Shown here piece by piece: positions 50,869-60,648 of a stretch of 64,000 nucleotides of DNA (position 1 is its first letter; each line of letters starts with the position of its first letter). The notes under the pieces were generated by a model. That model made no database searches and was not told the origin of the DNA. It was given only the letters and a program-made list of their open reading frames with translations. Source of the DNA: Bradymonadia bacterium (lineage in GTDB: Bacteria; Myxococcota_A; Bradymonadia; UBA7976; UBA1532). The DNA is taken from contig JBKAGE010000039.1 of NCBI GenBank assembly GCA_046290225.1, positions 118,144 through 182,143 on the forward strand, in the 5' to 3' direction. The translations under genes and the position numbers were made by a program.

Positions 50869-52370
50869 ACCGCTCGGACTGGCTCAAGAACCACCAGCGC
50901 CTGGTGGATCAGCGTGGAGTGGAGCTTCCGCCAACATGGGTTGCGCGAGAGAACACTGGCCCTATCGGAGACGAGTTGGGACAGCACGTACACACCTCCG
51001 GGAGGCGGCGCCAGGTCGCTCGACGAGTGGCAGGTCTTCTCGCTGGCGCGTCGGAGATGGCCGTGGTGTCGACCTTTCTGCTCGCCGACCCGGACGTCGA
51101 AGACGCCCTCATGGCAGCCGCCCAGCGTGGGGTCCGCGTCTACGTCATGCTGGCGTCCGAGGCTCGCCTGGGCCGTGAGGAGAGCGACGGCGAGTTCGAC
51201 CGTCGGGTGCTGTCGGAGCACAAGGAGATGCTCAAGCGACTCGCCGGGCACGTCCTGTTTCGGTCGGCGCCACACTTCCACGCCAAGGTCGTCGTCGTCG
51301 ATCCGCAGTCGAACCCGCGAGGCATCCTGCTGACTGCGAACCTCACCCGCGAGGCGCTCGAGCGGAACGAAGAGCTCGCCGTTGACCTCACCGCGCAGGA
51401 GGCAAGGGACGCGGCTTCGCTGTTGGGCTGGGCCATGTGGGAGACGGCCGAGCACGAGATGGTCGATCCGGCAGACCGCTTTCGGGCCGTGAAGCCCATG
51501 GGTAGCCTCGAGCCGCCGGCCATCGAGCTGCCTGCGACGACGCCGGAGCGGACCGCGTTGAGGCAGAGGGCTCTCGAGCTTGTCGACGGCGCGCGCGATC
51601 GGCTCGTCGTCGCAAGCTTCGGTTGGGACGCAGAGCACCCGCTCGTCCGCCGCCTCATCGAGCGCGCGCGGGAGGGCGTCGAGGTGGTGGTGCTTGCGAG
51701 GCTGCGGCCCTCGGTGATGCCCGCGTTGATCCGCCTTAGCGAGGCGGGAGCGACCGTCTACGGGTTCCGGTGGCTGCATGCGAAGGCGATCTGGTCGGAC
51801 CAGGGAGAAGCGCTCGTCATGTCCGCCAACCTCCAACCCGAAGGGCTCGATCGTGGGCTCGAGCTTGGGCTGGAGTTGAAGGGCACGCGGGCCGAGGAGC
51901 TTCACGGGCGACTCCGTTCCTGGGCAGCGGCGGCCAGATGGAAGCTCGAGCACGGCCCATCGCTGGGTGACGTGCGCGGGAGCGCGAAGGTCTGGAACGA
52001 TCGCGAGTTCGTCGACATCGAGGTCGTCCCGAGCCTGGAGGTGTCCCTCGGCGAACACGTCGCGAGGTCCGCCGACGACCTGAGCGTCGAGCCGCCGGCG
52101 CTGCCATCCAACGGGGCGCTGCCGCGCCCCGCACATGAGCTCGTCTGCACCTGGGCGGTCACGGCGCCCACGCTCCACCGAAAGGCGAAGGAGGTGTTCC
52201 GCGCTGCCAAGGGCGACGAGAAGCGCCGGTCCTACGAGCCTCCCGTGTTCAAGGACCGGGGGCGCACGGTCGTCGCCGTTCGTCACGCCGACGAGCTGCA
52301 CGCGGCGAAGCGTCTCCTCGGGGAGCTCTCGGCCGACGCGGTCGTCGTCAGGGCGGAGGGGGATCGATGA
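50865..52370 (+). CDS. phospholipase D superfamily protein with two HKD motifs (putative nuclease)
   Basis: FHAKVVVVD..TANLT..NEE and LHAKAIWSD..SANL. Confidence 0.9.
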   Translation: MNRSDWLKNHQRLVDQRGVELPPTWVARENTGPIGDELGQHVHTSGRRRQVARRVAGLLAGASEMAVVSTFLLADPDVEDALMAAAQRGVRVYVMLASEARLGREESDGEFDRRVLSEHKEMLKRLAGHVLFRSAPHFHAKVVVVDPQSNPRGILLTANLTREALERNEELAVDLTAQEARDAASLLGWAMWETAEHEMVDPADRFRAVKPMGSLEPPAIELPATTPERTALRQRALELVDGARDRLVVASFGWDAEHPLVRRLIERAREGVEVVVLARLRPSVMPALIRLSEAGATVYGFRWLHAKAIWSDQGEALVMSANLQPEGLDRGLELGLELKGTRAEELHGRLRSWAAAARWKLEHGPSLGDVRGSAKVWNDREFVDIEVVPSLEVSLGEHVARSADDLSVEPPALPSNGALPRPAHELVCTWAVTAPTLHRKAKEVFRAAKGDEKRRSYEPPVFKDRGRTVVAVRHADELHAAKRLLGELSADAVVVRAEGDR

Positions 52371-53809
52371 GCGGCCAACCTCAGACGCTCCTCTGTTGGC
52401 ACGCCGAGCGCGCGGGCCTCGAAGTGTTGACCCGAGCCATCAAGGCGCTCCGCAACCGACGTATCCGAGTCGACCGGGTCATCTACCTCGTCCAGGAGGG
52501 GCGCGAGCCGGAGGTGCCCCAGAAGGTGGAGAAGGCGACGGTGGAGTCCGTCGCCCTCCACCTGGAAGATCCAACGATGCACTCCGCGATCTACCCCTTG
52601 ATCAAGCAGAGGGTGCTCCCGTTGGCGAGGGCAGCGGGCGGTGGGCTGCACATCAACGTCTCGCCCGGCACGCCGGCGATGCACGCGGTCTGGCTCGTGC
52701 TCCACGCCGGAGGGGCGTTCCCGGAGGGCACGAGGCTCTGGTCGTCGCAGTACAGCCGGGAGACGAAGCGCTCGAGGATCGACCCAGTCGACTTCGAGGT
52801 CACGACCTATCTGGCGGAGATCCACCGGCTGCAACGCGCGGAGCCCGAGCGGGCCGTGTACGAGCCAGATGCCGCGTCGCCAGCGAGGCGAGCGGCCTTC
52901 GAGCGTCTCGCACGGTATTCGAAGGTGATCGGCGCTCCGTTGCTTGTCCTGGGTGAACGCGGTATCGGCAAGACTAGGCTCGTCGAGACCTACGTGGCCA
53001 CGCTGAAGGCGCGCGAGCAGGTGGTCACGGTCGCGTGCGGCGGCCTTGACTCCTCGCTCGCCGAGAGCCTTCTCTTCGGACACCGCAAGGGGGCGTTCAC
53101 CGGCGCAGCGGTGGACCGCCAGGGGCTGCTCGCCGAGGCCGACGGCGGCATCCTCTTCCTCGACGAGGTGCAGGACCTCCCCAAGAGCGCGCAGCGCAGA
53201 CTCGTTCGCGTGTTCCAAGACCGGCAGCGGCGGTTTCGTCCGGTCGGCAGCGACAAGGAGACGTCGGTGGACGTGGAGCTGGTCTGCGCCTCCAACCTGC
53301 CGGTGGCCGAGCTCCGTGAGCAGCTCGACGCCGACCTCTTCGATCGACTGAGCCACCTCGCGGTGCGGGTCCCTCCGCTCCGGGAGTGCCGAGCCGACGT
53401 CGAGGCCGACTGGACCAAGGTCTGGCGGGAGCTGCGACAGCGCCAGGACCTCCCGGAGGACGCACCGTGGACCCCGAGGCTCGCGCGCGTGCTCGGTCAG
53501 CATCCGCTGCCTGGCAACCTCCGAGACCTGCAGCGCCTGGCAGTCCTGCTGATGGCGTGGTGGGGCGACACCGATGAGGAGGCGGCGGTTGATCGGGCCG
53601 TCGAGGAGTGGAGCCAGTGGACGTCGAGCACAGCCCCGCTGGACGCCGAGTTCGGCAGTGGCTCGAGGAACGACCGCATCAAGTGGTTTCGGGCGCGGCT
53701 CGCTCTCTGGGCCAAGGACGTCCACGAGACCTGGACTGCGGCCGGCGAGGCCCTCGGCTGCGACGAGAAGACGCTGCGCCAGGATGCTGCGCTGCTCGAT
53801 GAGACGTGA
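52367..53809 (+). CDS. sigma-54 enhancer-binding protein with CARF/RtcR-like N-terminal domain
   Basis: LHINVSPGTPAM (CARF-like), GERGIGKT, intact GAFTGA, LFLDEV, DLFDRL, PGNLRDL, C-terminal HTH. Confidence 0.88.
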   Translation: MSGQPQTLLCWHAERAGLEVLTRAIKALRNRRIRVDRVIYLVQEGREPEVPQKVEKATVESVALHLEDPTMHSAIYPLIKQRVLPLARAAGGGLHINVSPGTPAMHAVWLVLHAGGAFPEGTRLWSSQYSRETKRSRIDPVDFEVTTYLAEIHRLQRAEPERAVYEPDAASPARRAAFERLARYSKVIGAPLLVLGERGIGKTRLVETYVATLKAREQVVTVACGGLDSSLAESLLFGHRKGAFTGAAVDRQGLLAEADGGILFLDEVQDLPKSAQRRLVRVFQDRQRRFRPVGSDKETSVDVELVCASNLPVAELREQLDADLFDRLSHLAVRVPPLRECRADVEADWTKVWRELRQRQDLPEDAPWTPRLARVLGQHPLPGNLRDLQRLAVLLMAWWGDTDEEAAVDRAVEEWSQWTSSTAPLDAEFGSGSRNDRIKWFRARLALWAKDVHETWTAAGEALGCDEKTLRQDAALLDET

Positions 53810-53854
53810 CCTCGAAGACGCAGAAAATCCGCGCCCGAGGTGTCCCACTCTCAC

Positions 53855-53905
<51 letters not shown>

Positions 53906-53906
53906 T

Positions 53907-53940
<34 letters not shown>

Positions 53941-54078
53941 CTCGAGGTCCGGCGACGAGGCGAGGTACTCTGGCGCCGCGAGACACGAGAGCACACCCCA
54001 CGAGCGGGCACGGCCCGCAAACCCGCACCACGACGGCAGATACGACAAGACCCCCGCCGGCGACGCCGACGAGGGTCC

Positions 54079-54195
<117 letters not shown>

Positions 54196-54214
54196 ACAGT
54201 TGTAGGCGGCGAGG

Positions 54215-54243
54215 AACATATGTCGAGCAGCTCACCGTGTCAA
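54215..54243 (-). promoter_or_regulatory. sigma-70 promoter of tRNA-Asn
   Basis: TTGACA-N17-TATGTT on the minus strand. Confidence 0.7.
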
Positions 54244-54298
54244 CGACATTCGGCAAAAAAACGACAGGGTCCCGCGCCGCCTGCTGAGATGGCCCTGA

Positions 54299-54628
54299 TC
54301 AGCCCGCCAGGGCCTCGTCCAGCATGGGCTTGAGCTCGTTGTTCGCGAACATCTCGCGGACAATGTCACAGCCGCCGATGAACTTCCCCTTCACGTAGAG
54401 CTGGGGGATCGTGGGCCAGTTCGCGTACTCCTTGATGCCCTGACGTACGTCCATGTCGGACAGCACGTCGAAGGTACCGAAGGGGGTGCCGAGGTGCTGG
54501 AGCACCTGCACCACCGTGCTCGAGAACCCACACTGGGGGAAATCAGGCGTGCCCTTCATGAACAGGAACACGTCGCTCGAACCCACAAGGCGCTCGATGC
54601 GCTTATTGAGCTTCTCATCCATCGTCAA
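54299..54628 (-). CDS. grxD: monothiol glutaredoxin Grx4
   Basis: FMKGTP..PQCGFS, WPTIPQLY, GGCDI. Confidence 0.96.
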   Translation of the reverse strand: MTMDEKLNKRIERLVGSSDVFLFMKGTPDFPQCGFSSTVVQVLQHLGTPFGTFDVLSDMDVRQGIKEYANWPTIPQLYVKGKFIGGCDIVREMFANNELKPMLDEALAG

Positions 54629-54637
54629 AATCCTCTC

Positions 54638-54883
54638 TCAGCCTTGCTCAGCTGCCTGAGCCGGGGTCAGTGCTTGGAACGTCAGAGCGTGAATCGGGCC
54701 GTGCATCAGCTCGCCCAGGGCCGCGTACACCGCCCGCTGGCGGTCCACGCGCATCAGCCCCTCGAACGAGGACGACACGATCGTCGCCTGCCAGTGATCG
54801 CCACCGGCCAGATCTTTCAGCCGCACCTCAGCATCAGGCATCGCCGCCTTGATGCGCTTCACCATCTCGTCTTGAAGGTTCAT
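54638..54883 (-). CDS. bolA: BolA/IbaG family protein
   Basis: GDHW..IVSSSFEG..RQRAVY..IHAL; adjacent to grxD. Confidence 0.93.
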   Translation of the reverse strand: MNLQDEMVKRIKAAMPDAEVRLKDLAGGDHWQATIVSSSFEGLMRVDRQRAVYAALGELMHGPIHALTFQALTPAQAAEQG

Positions 54884-55195
54884 CTACGCTCCCTGGAGGT
54901 CTTCGCAAATCAAAACGTCAGCGTGGTGAGGCCACCGCCCGAAAAACCAGCAGGCAGCACCACTGTGCAGCACGACTGTACTGCGCCGAGCATCTCGAGG
55001 TCATCTACCCGACCAGAACCCGTCGAGCAACCTCCGCTGGCCCAAGTGGATGCACCTCGCGGGCCCCGGGTCGCATCCTTCCATCTGCCTTGGGCTCTGC
55101 GTCGCCAGTGGCCCGGGGCGCAGAGATCCGCGTTGCGGCGGTTGACCCCGCCAGATCGGCGCCTATAGTGCCCAGACCGAAGGGAGCAGCACGTC

Positions 55196-56335
55196 GTGAC
55201 CGTCCGCCAGACCCGCACCTCTGATGTCGACACCCCCATCCCTCAGCAGGGTCAGGGGGGGCAGAACGGCGCGTCCGAGATCGTCGAGCCCGAAATCATC
55301 GAGCCCGAAATCGTCGAGCCCGAAATCGTCGACTCTGACGGTGTCGAGTTGTTGCAGGAAGACGACGACTTCGAACTCGGCGACACGCTCGACGAAGAGG
55401 GGACCAACGCCGGCATCACCCGGCGGCGCACCCCTCGGCGCAACGACATCGCCCTGCCGTCGAGCGACGAGCTCATCAAGGCCGACGCCTTTACGCGGTA
55501 CCTTGCCGAGATTCGGCAGTACCCGTTGCTCACGCGTGAAGAAGAGAAGGATTACGCCGAGGCGTACTACAACGACGAAGATCCAGAAGCCGCCGCCGAG
55601 CTCGTCACCGGCAACCTGCGGCTCGTGGTGAAGATCGCCCTCGAGTACCGCCGGGCGTGGGTCAACGTCATGGACCTCATCCAGGAGGGCAACATCGGCC
55701 TCGCCGAGGCCGTGAAGCGCTACGACCCGTATCGGGGGGTGCGCTTCAGCAGCTTCGCCCGCTACTGGATCAGGGCGTTGATCCTGCAGTTCATCTTGAA
55801 GAACTTCAGGCTCGTCTCCTTCGCCAGCACGCGGGCGGGGCGCAAGCTGTTCTTCCGGCTCGAGAAAGAGCGGCAGCGGTTGCTGCAGGAGCACGGTGAG
55901 GCGGGGCCCAAGATGCTCGCCGAGGCCCTCGACGTCAGCGAGGCCGACGTCGAGCTGGCCCAGACCATGCGCATGCCCTCGCTCTCGCTCACGGCGCCTC
56001 GCAGCCCCGATGGCGAGTCGAGGCCGCTGCACGAGGTGCTCAGCTCCGGTGAAGAGTCCGTGGAGCAGCAGGTGGCCCATTCGAGCATGATGGCCATCGT
56101 CGACAAGCACATGAAGGCCTTCTACACCACGCTCACCAACGAGCGAGACCAGATCATCTGGACCGATCGCCTGCTCGCGGAAGATCCCGTGGCCCTGCAG
56201 GTGCTCGGCGAGCGTTTCGGGGTGAGTCGCGAGCGGGTACGCCAGCTCGAGGCCCGCCTCAAAGGTCGCCTGAAGACCTACCTGACCGAGCAGCTCGGCG
56301 CTGATTTCCAGTTCGACTTCAACGCCGACGATTAA
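55196..56335 (+). CDS. RNA polymerase sigma factor, RpoH (sigma-32)-like
   Basis: YLAEIRQYPLL, NLRLVVKIA, DLIQEGNIGL, RKLFFRL RpoH-box-like, GVSRERVRQLE. Confidence 0.9.
   Translation: MTVRQTRTSDVDTPIPQQGQGGQNGASEIVEPEIIEPEIVEPEIVDSDGVELLQEDDDFELGDTLDEEGTNAGITRRRTPRRNDIALPSSDELIKADAFTRYLAEIRQYPLLTREEEKDYAEAYYNDEDPEAAAELVTGNLRLVVKIALEYRRAWVNVMDLIQEGNIGLAEAVKRYDPYRGVRFSSFARYWIRALILQFILKNFRLVSFASTRAGRKLFFRLEKERQRLLQEHGEAGPKMLAEALDVSEADVELAQTMRMPSLSLTAPRSPDGESRPLHEVLSSGEESVEQQVAHSSMMAIVDKHMKAFYTTLTNERDQIIWTDRLLAEDPVALQVLGERFGVSRERVRQLEARLKGRLKTYLTEQLGADFQFDFNADD
55277..55333. repeat. 15-bp tandem repeat encoding (EIVEP)n in the sigma factor N-terminus
   Basis: GAAATCGTCGAGCCC-like units, nearly 4 copies. 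Confidence 0.85.
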
Positions 56336-56408
56336 CACCCCCGACCTGTGACGGATCGGGGCACAACGCCGCCCTGATCGAGACGTGGGGTGGCAGGAAG
56401 GAAGCGCA

Positions 56409-56870
56409 ATGTCCATCGACGCGCGGTTGACCCAGCAGATGAAAGACGCCATGCGGGCCAAGGATCGCCGCACCCTCGATGTGGTGCGCATGGTCAAGAG
56501 CCGCATGAAGGAGCGCACCACCCAGAAGGGCTTCACCGGTGAGGTGAACGACGCCCTCTGGCTCGAGGTCATCGAGGCCTACGTCAAGTCCCTGAAGAAG
56601 GGCGTCGGCGAGTTCGAGAAGGTGCCCGAGGGCGAGGGCCAGGAGCAGATCGACCAGCTCAACTGGGAGATCGCGCTGCTCCAGGCCTATTTGCCTGCCA
56701 AGGCCGACGAGGCCCAGACCAAGGCGTGGGTCGATGAGGCCATCGCTGGCCTCGGCGGCCCCGAAGGCCTCAAGGCCGGCCAGGTCATGGGCGTGGTGAT
56801 GAAGGGCCACAAGAAAGAGGTCGATGCCGCCCTCGTGCGCAGCCTCGTCGAGGCGGCTCTGAACGGCTGA
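56409..56870 (+). CDS. yqeY: GatB/YqeY domain protein
   Basis: MKDAMRAKD, EIALLQAYLP, GQVMGVVM. Confidence 0.9.
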   Translation: MSIDARLTQQMKDAMRAKDRRTLDVVRMVKSRMKERTTQKGFTGEVNDALWLEVIEAYVKSLKKGVGEFEKVPEGEGQEQIDQLNWEIALLQAYLPAKADEAQTKAWVDEAIAGLGGPEGLKAGQVMGVVMKGHKKEVDAALVRSLVEAALNG

Positions 56871-56917
56871 AGTCCTGATTGGCCGCCTTATTGGCCACAG
56901 ATCTCAGGCGACTGTTC

Positions 56918-57571
56918 TCAGGCCACAGACAGCGCCCAGAGCCACACCGCGAAGAGGGCCACCGTGCCCCCGATGAGGCGTATACCTTTTCGGGGGACCA
57001 GCCGGCCCTCCGCGGTGATCCCCCATCGGCTCCATGCGGCCAGACCCAGAATCCACCCCAGACACGACAACATCACCAGCAAGGACATCGCTGACGATGG
57101 TGTCAGATCGCGCTCCAGCAGACTCAGGTGGTGGGCGCGCAGCTCCGGTTCCGTGCGACCGCGCGCAGAGGGGAGGGCTGCGTGTTGCCGTGCCCTGAGC
57201 GTGGCGATGCGATCATTGGCTCGAGGCAGCCACTCGCCGAGCGGGTCGAGCACTGAACGGGTCGACAACGCGCCGGCGCGTACATCATCTGCGGCGGCGA
57301 GCGCCGTCGCCTCGTCTCCACGGGCGAGGGCGGCATCACTCACCCGCCACACGCACTCCGCAGCCTCGTGGGCAGCCGAGGCGCCGGGGGCATACCAGCC
57401 CATGGCATAGAGACCGTGTCGGCGGGCCAGAGGCCAGTCCCCACGGGACTCCGCTGCGAGGGCTTTCTCGAGCTCAGCGTTGCCCTCGACGATACATCGC
57501 CCCCAGATTGCGCCCAGCACCACCACGCAACACAGCAACGCCCCACGCCATGGGGTGAGGTAGGTGCTCAA
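56918..57571 (-). CDS. hypothetical membrane protein
   Basis: N- and C-terminal hydrophobic helices; overlaps the ABC permease stop. Confidence 0.75.
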   Translation of the reverse strand: MSTYLTPWRGALLCCVVVLGAIWGRCIVEGNAELEKALAAESRGDWPLARRHGLYAMGWYAPGASAAHEAAECVWRVSDAALARGDEATALAAADDVRAGALSTRSVLDPLGEWLPRANDRIATLRARQHAALPSARGRTEPELRAHHLSLLERDLTPSSAMSLLVMLSCLGWILGLAAWSRWGITAEGRLVPRKGIRLIGGTVALFAVWLWALSVA

Positions 57572-58353
57572 GTGAAGTCTCGACGACTGAAGAGCGCTGC
57601 AGCGAGCATCAGGGCCACGAGGGCATAGGTGAGGCCGTAGATGGTGGCCTGTAGGGTGTACCCCTGAGGCAGGGCCTGGTCGTACACGAGGTAGGGGGTG
57701 GTGTTGTAGAGCGAGAGATCTGGCACCACGTGGCCGAGGCCCCGCAAGAACTGCTCGGTAAACGTGGACTCCAGAGACTCCCCGGCCCGGCGATCGAACT
57801 GCACCCGCACCAGCTCGTCAGCGAACCGGCCCGCCATGAACACGCCGAAGGTCATCACCCCGGACAGCGCCGGTGTCGAGAAGCTGCTGAAGAGCAGGGC
57901 CACCGCCGTGATCACCGCCACCTCGACATAGACCAGCCAGAAGGCCTGAAGGATCTCGACGCCCCAGACGCCCTCGGTGAGGGTGAGCAGCCCCACGAAG
58001 GCTGCTCCCATGATGATGACCTGCACCGCCATGGTGGCCATGACCCCGCAGTACTTGCCCACGAGGAACTGCCACCGCCAGATGGGCTTGGGGGCGATGG
58101 TGAAGATGGTCTTACGCTCGATCTCTTTGTAGACGAGGCTGCCGCCGATGAAGATCGAGATCACCACGGCGAAGGTGCTGCTGAGGAACATGCCCACGTC
58201 TTTGACGAGGCGTACGTCCTGGTTGAGCGATGCGGCCCCAGCGGCGAGGATCAACAACATCAACCCGATGACGAACAGGATGATGCTGTAGAGCACCCGG
58301 CTGCGGATCGCTTCACGGAAGGTGTTCAGGGCGACGGCGTAGACTTGTCTCAT
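57568..58353 (-). CDS. ABC transporter permease (PilI-like)
   Basis: ALNTFREAIR, KEIERKTI..KPI.RWQF.VGKY, FSRRDF. Confidence 0.88.
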   Translation of the reverse strand: MRQVYAVALNTFREAIRSRVLYSIILFVIGLMLLILAAGAASLNQDVRLVKDVGMFLSSTFAVVISIFIGGSLVYKEIERKTIFTIAPKPIWRWQFLVGKYCGVMATMAVQVIIMGAAFVGLLTLTEGVWGVEILQAFWLVYVEVAVITAVALLFSSFSTPALSGVMTFGVFMAGRFADELVRVQFDRRAGESLESTFTEQFLRGLGHVVPDLSLYNTTPYLVYDQALPQGYTLQATIYGLTYALVALMLAAALFSRRDFT

Positions 58354-58354
58354 C

Positions 58355-59362
58355 TCACCGACCCTCCGCGCGCTCGATTTGCTGAACGAAGACATCCTCG
58401 AGGGCTTGTCGATGAGGCACCACGCTCACCAGCTGCCCGCCACCCATGTAGAGCGCTTCGATGAAGGCCTGCATGTCGTGGGCACCGTCGAGGTGGAACC
58501 GATGGCCGCCCGCCACCTGCTCGACGCGCTGGGCTTCGGCGCCGAGCGCCGTGACCTGATCAGCGGTGAGGCCCGTAGCGGTGATCTCCACGATGCCGCC
58601 GGGCTCGGCGAGCAGATCGTCGAGGGTGCCCTCGTCGATGACCCGGCCGTGATTGAGCAGCACCACTCGATCACACACCATCTCGACGTCTTGCAGGATA
58701 TGACTCGACAAAAACACTGTGCAGCCTCGTGCCCGAAGGTCGAGGATGATGTCCCGCACGTCTTTGCGCCCCACGGGATCGAGGCCGCTCATGGGCTCGT
58801 CGAAGATGACGAGATCTGGCTCGTTGATGAGGGCTTGAGCGATGCCGAGACGCTGGATCATGCCCTTGGAGAACTTGCGGACTGGCCGCCCCCGGGCGTG
58901 ACTGAGGCCCACACGCTCGATGAGGGCCTCCGCGCGCTGACGCCGCTCCCGAGCGGTGAGCGCGAAGAGCTGCCCGTAGAAGTCGAGGAACTCCAGGGGC
59001 TTCAGGTAGTCGTAGAAGTAGGGATGCTCTGGCAGAAACCCGAGGCGGGCCCTGGCCTGGCGATCACCGAGCGGGTGGCCCAGGAGCGTGCCTGAGCCGG
59101 CGCTGGGGTGGATCAAGCCCGTGAGCATCTTGATGGTGGTGGTCTTGCCGGCGCCGTTGGGACCCAGGAACCCGAAGATTTCTCCTCGGCGCACCTCGAA
59201 GGTGACATTGTCGACCACCTTGAGGCCCTGGGCGATGCCCTTGACGTTGATGCCGCGAAACCATTTGCCGACGACAGGCATGCCGCCGAGAAAGCCCACG
59301 TCGAAGATCTTACTCAGACCCTGCACCGACAGGGCTGTGTCTGTGCGCGTCGTATCGACCAT
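58355..59362 (-). CDS. ABC transporter ATP-binding protein (PilH-like)
   Basis: GPNGAGKTT, FSKGM, DEPMSGLDP. Confidence 0.93.
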   Translation of the reverse strand: MVDTTRTDTALSVQGLSKIFDVGFLGGMPVVGKWFRGINVKGIAQGLKVVDNVTFEVRRGEIFGFLGPNGAGKTTTIKMLTGLIHPSAGSGTLLGHPLGDRQARARLGFLPEHPYFYDYLKPLEFLDFYGQLFALTARERRQRAEALIERVGLSHARGRPVRKFSKGMIQRLGIAQALINEPDLVIFDEPMSGLDPVGRKDVRDIILDLRARGCTVFLSSHILQDVEMVCDRVVLLNHGRVIDEGTLDDLLAEPGGIVEITATGLTADQVTALGAEAQRVEQVAGGHRFHLDGAHDMQAFIEALYMGGGQLVSVVPHRQALEDVFVQQIERAEGR

Positions 59363-59454
59363 AGAGGCATGATCTTCACCCTGTGTGGGAGATCAACCTC
59401 TTCAGGTGTCTTTCTCGCCTGTCCTGTGGAGCGGGTGTGATATTGCCCAAGGCC

Positions 59455-60648
59455 ATGGGCCCGACCTTCTCCAAGCCAGGCACGCCACCCGCGGTGATGA
59501 TCGTGGGCGGTGGCCCGTTCCAGCTGCCCCTCGTCGAAGCTGCGCAGGGGTTGGGGCTGGCGATCTGTGTCGTCGATCGTGATCCGTGCGCCCCAGCCAT
59601 GATGTTGGCCGATGTGCCCATGGCCATCGACTTCGGCAGCCCCGAGCTGGTGGTGCGTGCTGCCGCCCACATGCCCCTGTCAGCTGTGGCCACCTGCGGA
59701 TCCGACGCCGCCTTGCGAGCGGTGAACGCCGTTGCCGAAGCCCATGGGCTCGTCGCGCCCTGTGGGGTCGAAGTCTGTGCGGACAAAATGCTGACCGCCC
59801 ACGCCCTCGAGTGTGCGGGCGTCCCTCACCCTGAAAGCTGGGCACTGCCCACAGAGCGAGACTTCGACGGGCCGTGGGTGGTGAAGCCACGTCGCGGCGC
59901 CGGTGGTCGTGGGGTGACGGTGGTGCGCTCAGTCGAAGAGGTGCCTGATGCCGTGCACGTCGTCAGAGCCCTCGGCGCCATACCCTTTGCGCAGCGGTGG
60001 GTGGGCGGGCACCCGGTGGGGGTGGAGCTGATGATGCTCGACGGCCAGGTGGCCGGCGCCTGGGTCATGGACGACGTGCTCCGGCCGGGCTTTGCCGCCC
60101 CTGTGGCCCATACATTGCCCTCGGCGCTCGACGAGGCGACGCAGACAGAGATCATCGAGGTCGCAGCCTCCGCTGCGCGGGCCGTGGGTCTGGGCTCTGG
60201 GCCCGCCAATCTCGACATGCGGCTCACCGATGATGGCCCTGTGGTGCTCGAGATCAACCCGCGGCTTGGTGGGAGCAACATCTCCGCCCTCATCAAACAC
60301 GCCACCGGCGTCGACCTGCCCCGAGCGACGCTGCTCTGGGCGCTCGATCGCGATCCGCGGCCGGCGTTGAAGGGCTCGGGGCGCTCGAGAGGGGCGTCGA
60401 GTCGTTTGATCCTCGCCGAAGGAGACGGCATCGTGCGGTGGCCTTCGAGCCCGCCAGAGCGCGCCGGGGTGACGGTGCACGTCGACGTGCCCTCCGAGCG
60501 CCCGGCGCCTCAGCAAGTGGGCCAGTGGTCCATCCTCGGTCGCTGCGTCGCCGTCGGTGAAGACGCGCACACAGCAGCGGCCCTGGCCGAGCAGGTGACC
60601 GACCAGCTCGAAGCAGACATTGACTTGATCACCAGAGAGGGCCCATGA
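59455..60648 (+). CDS. ATP-grasp domain protein
   Basis: VGGGPFQ, DK, VVKP..GAGGRGV, LEINPRLGG. Confidence 0.85.
   Translation: MGPTFSKPGTPPAVMIVGGGPFQLPLVEAAQGLGLAICVVDRDPCAPAMMLADVPMAIDFGSPELVVRAAAHMPLSAVATCGSDAALRAVNAVAEAHGLVAPCGVEVCADKMLTAHALECAGVPHPESWALPTERDFDGPWVVKPRRGAGGRGVTVVRSVEEVPDAVHVVRALGAIPFAQRWVGGHPVGVELMMLDGQVAGAWVMDDVLRPGFAAPVAHTLPSALDEATQTEIIEVAASAARAVGLGSGPANLDMRLTDDGPVVLEINPRLGGSNISALIKHATGVDLPRATLLWALDRDPRPALKGSGRSRGASSRLILAEGDGIVRWPSSPPERAGVTVHVDVPSERPAPQQVGQWSILGRCVAVGEDAHTAAALAEQVTDQLEADIDLITREGP

Noticed and set aside
55142..55169. TTGACC-N16-TATAGT promoter-like motif before the sigma factor
   Set aside because: Plausible, but the spacing is suboptimal and there is no other support.
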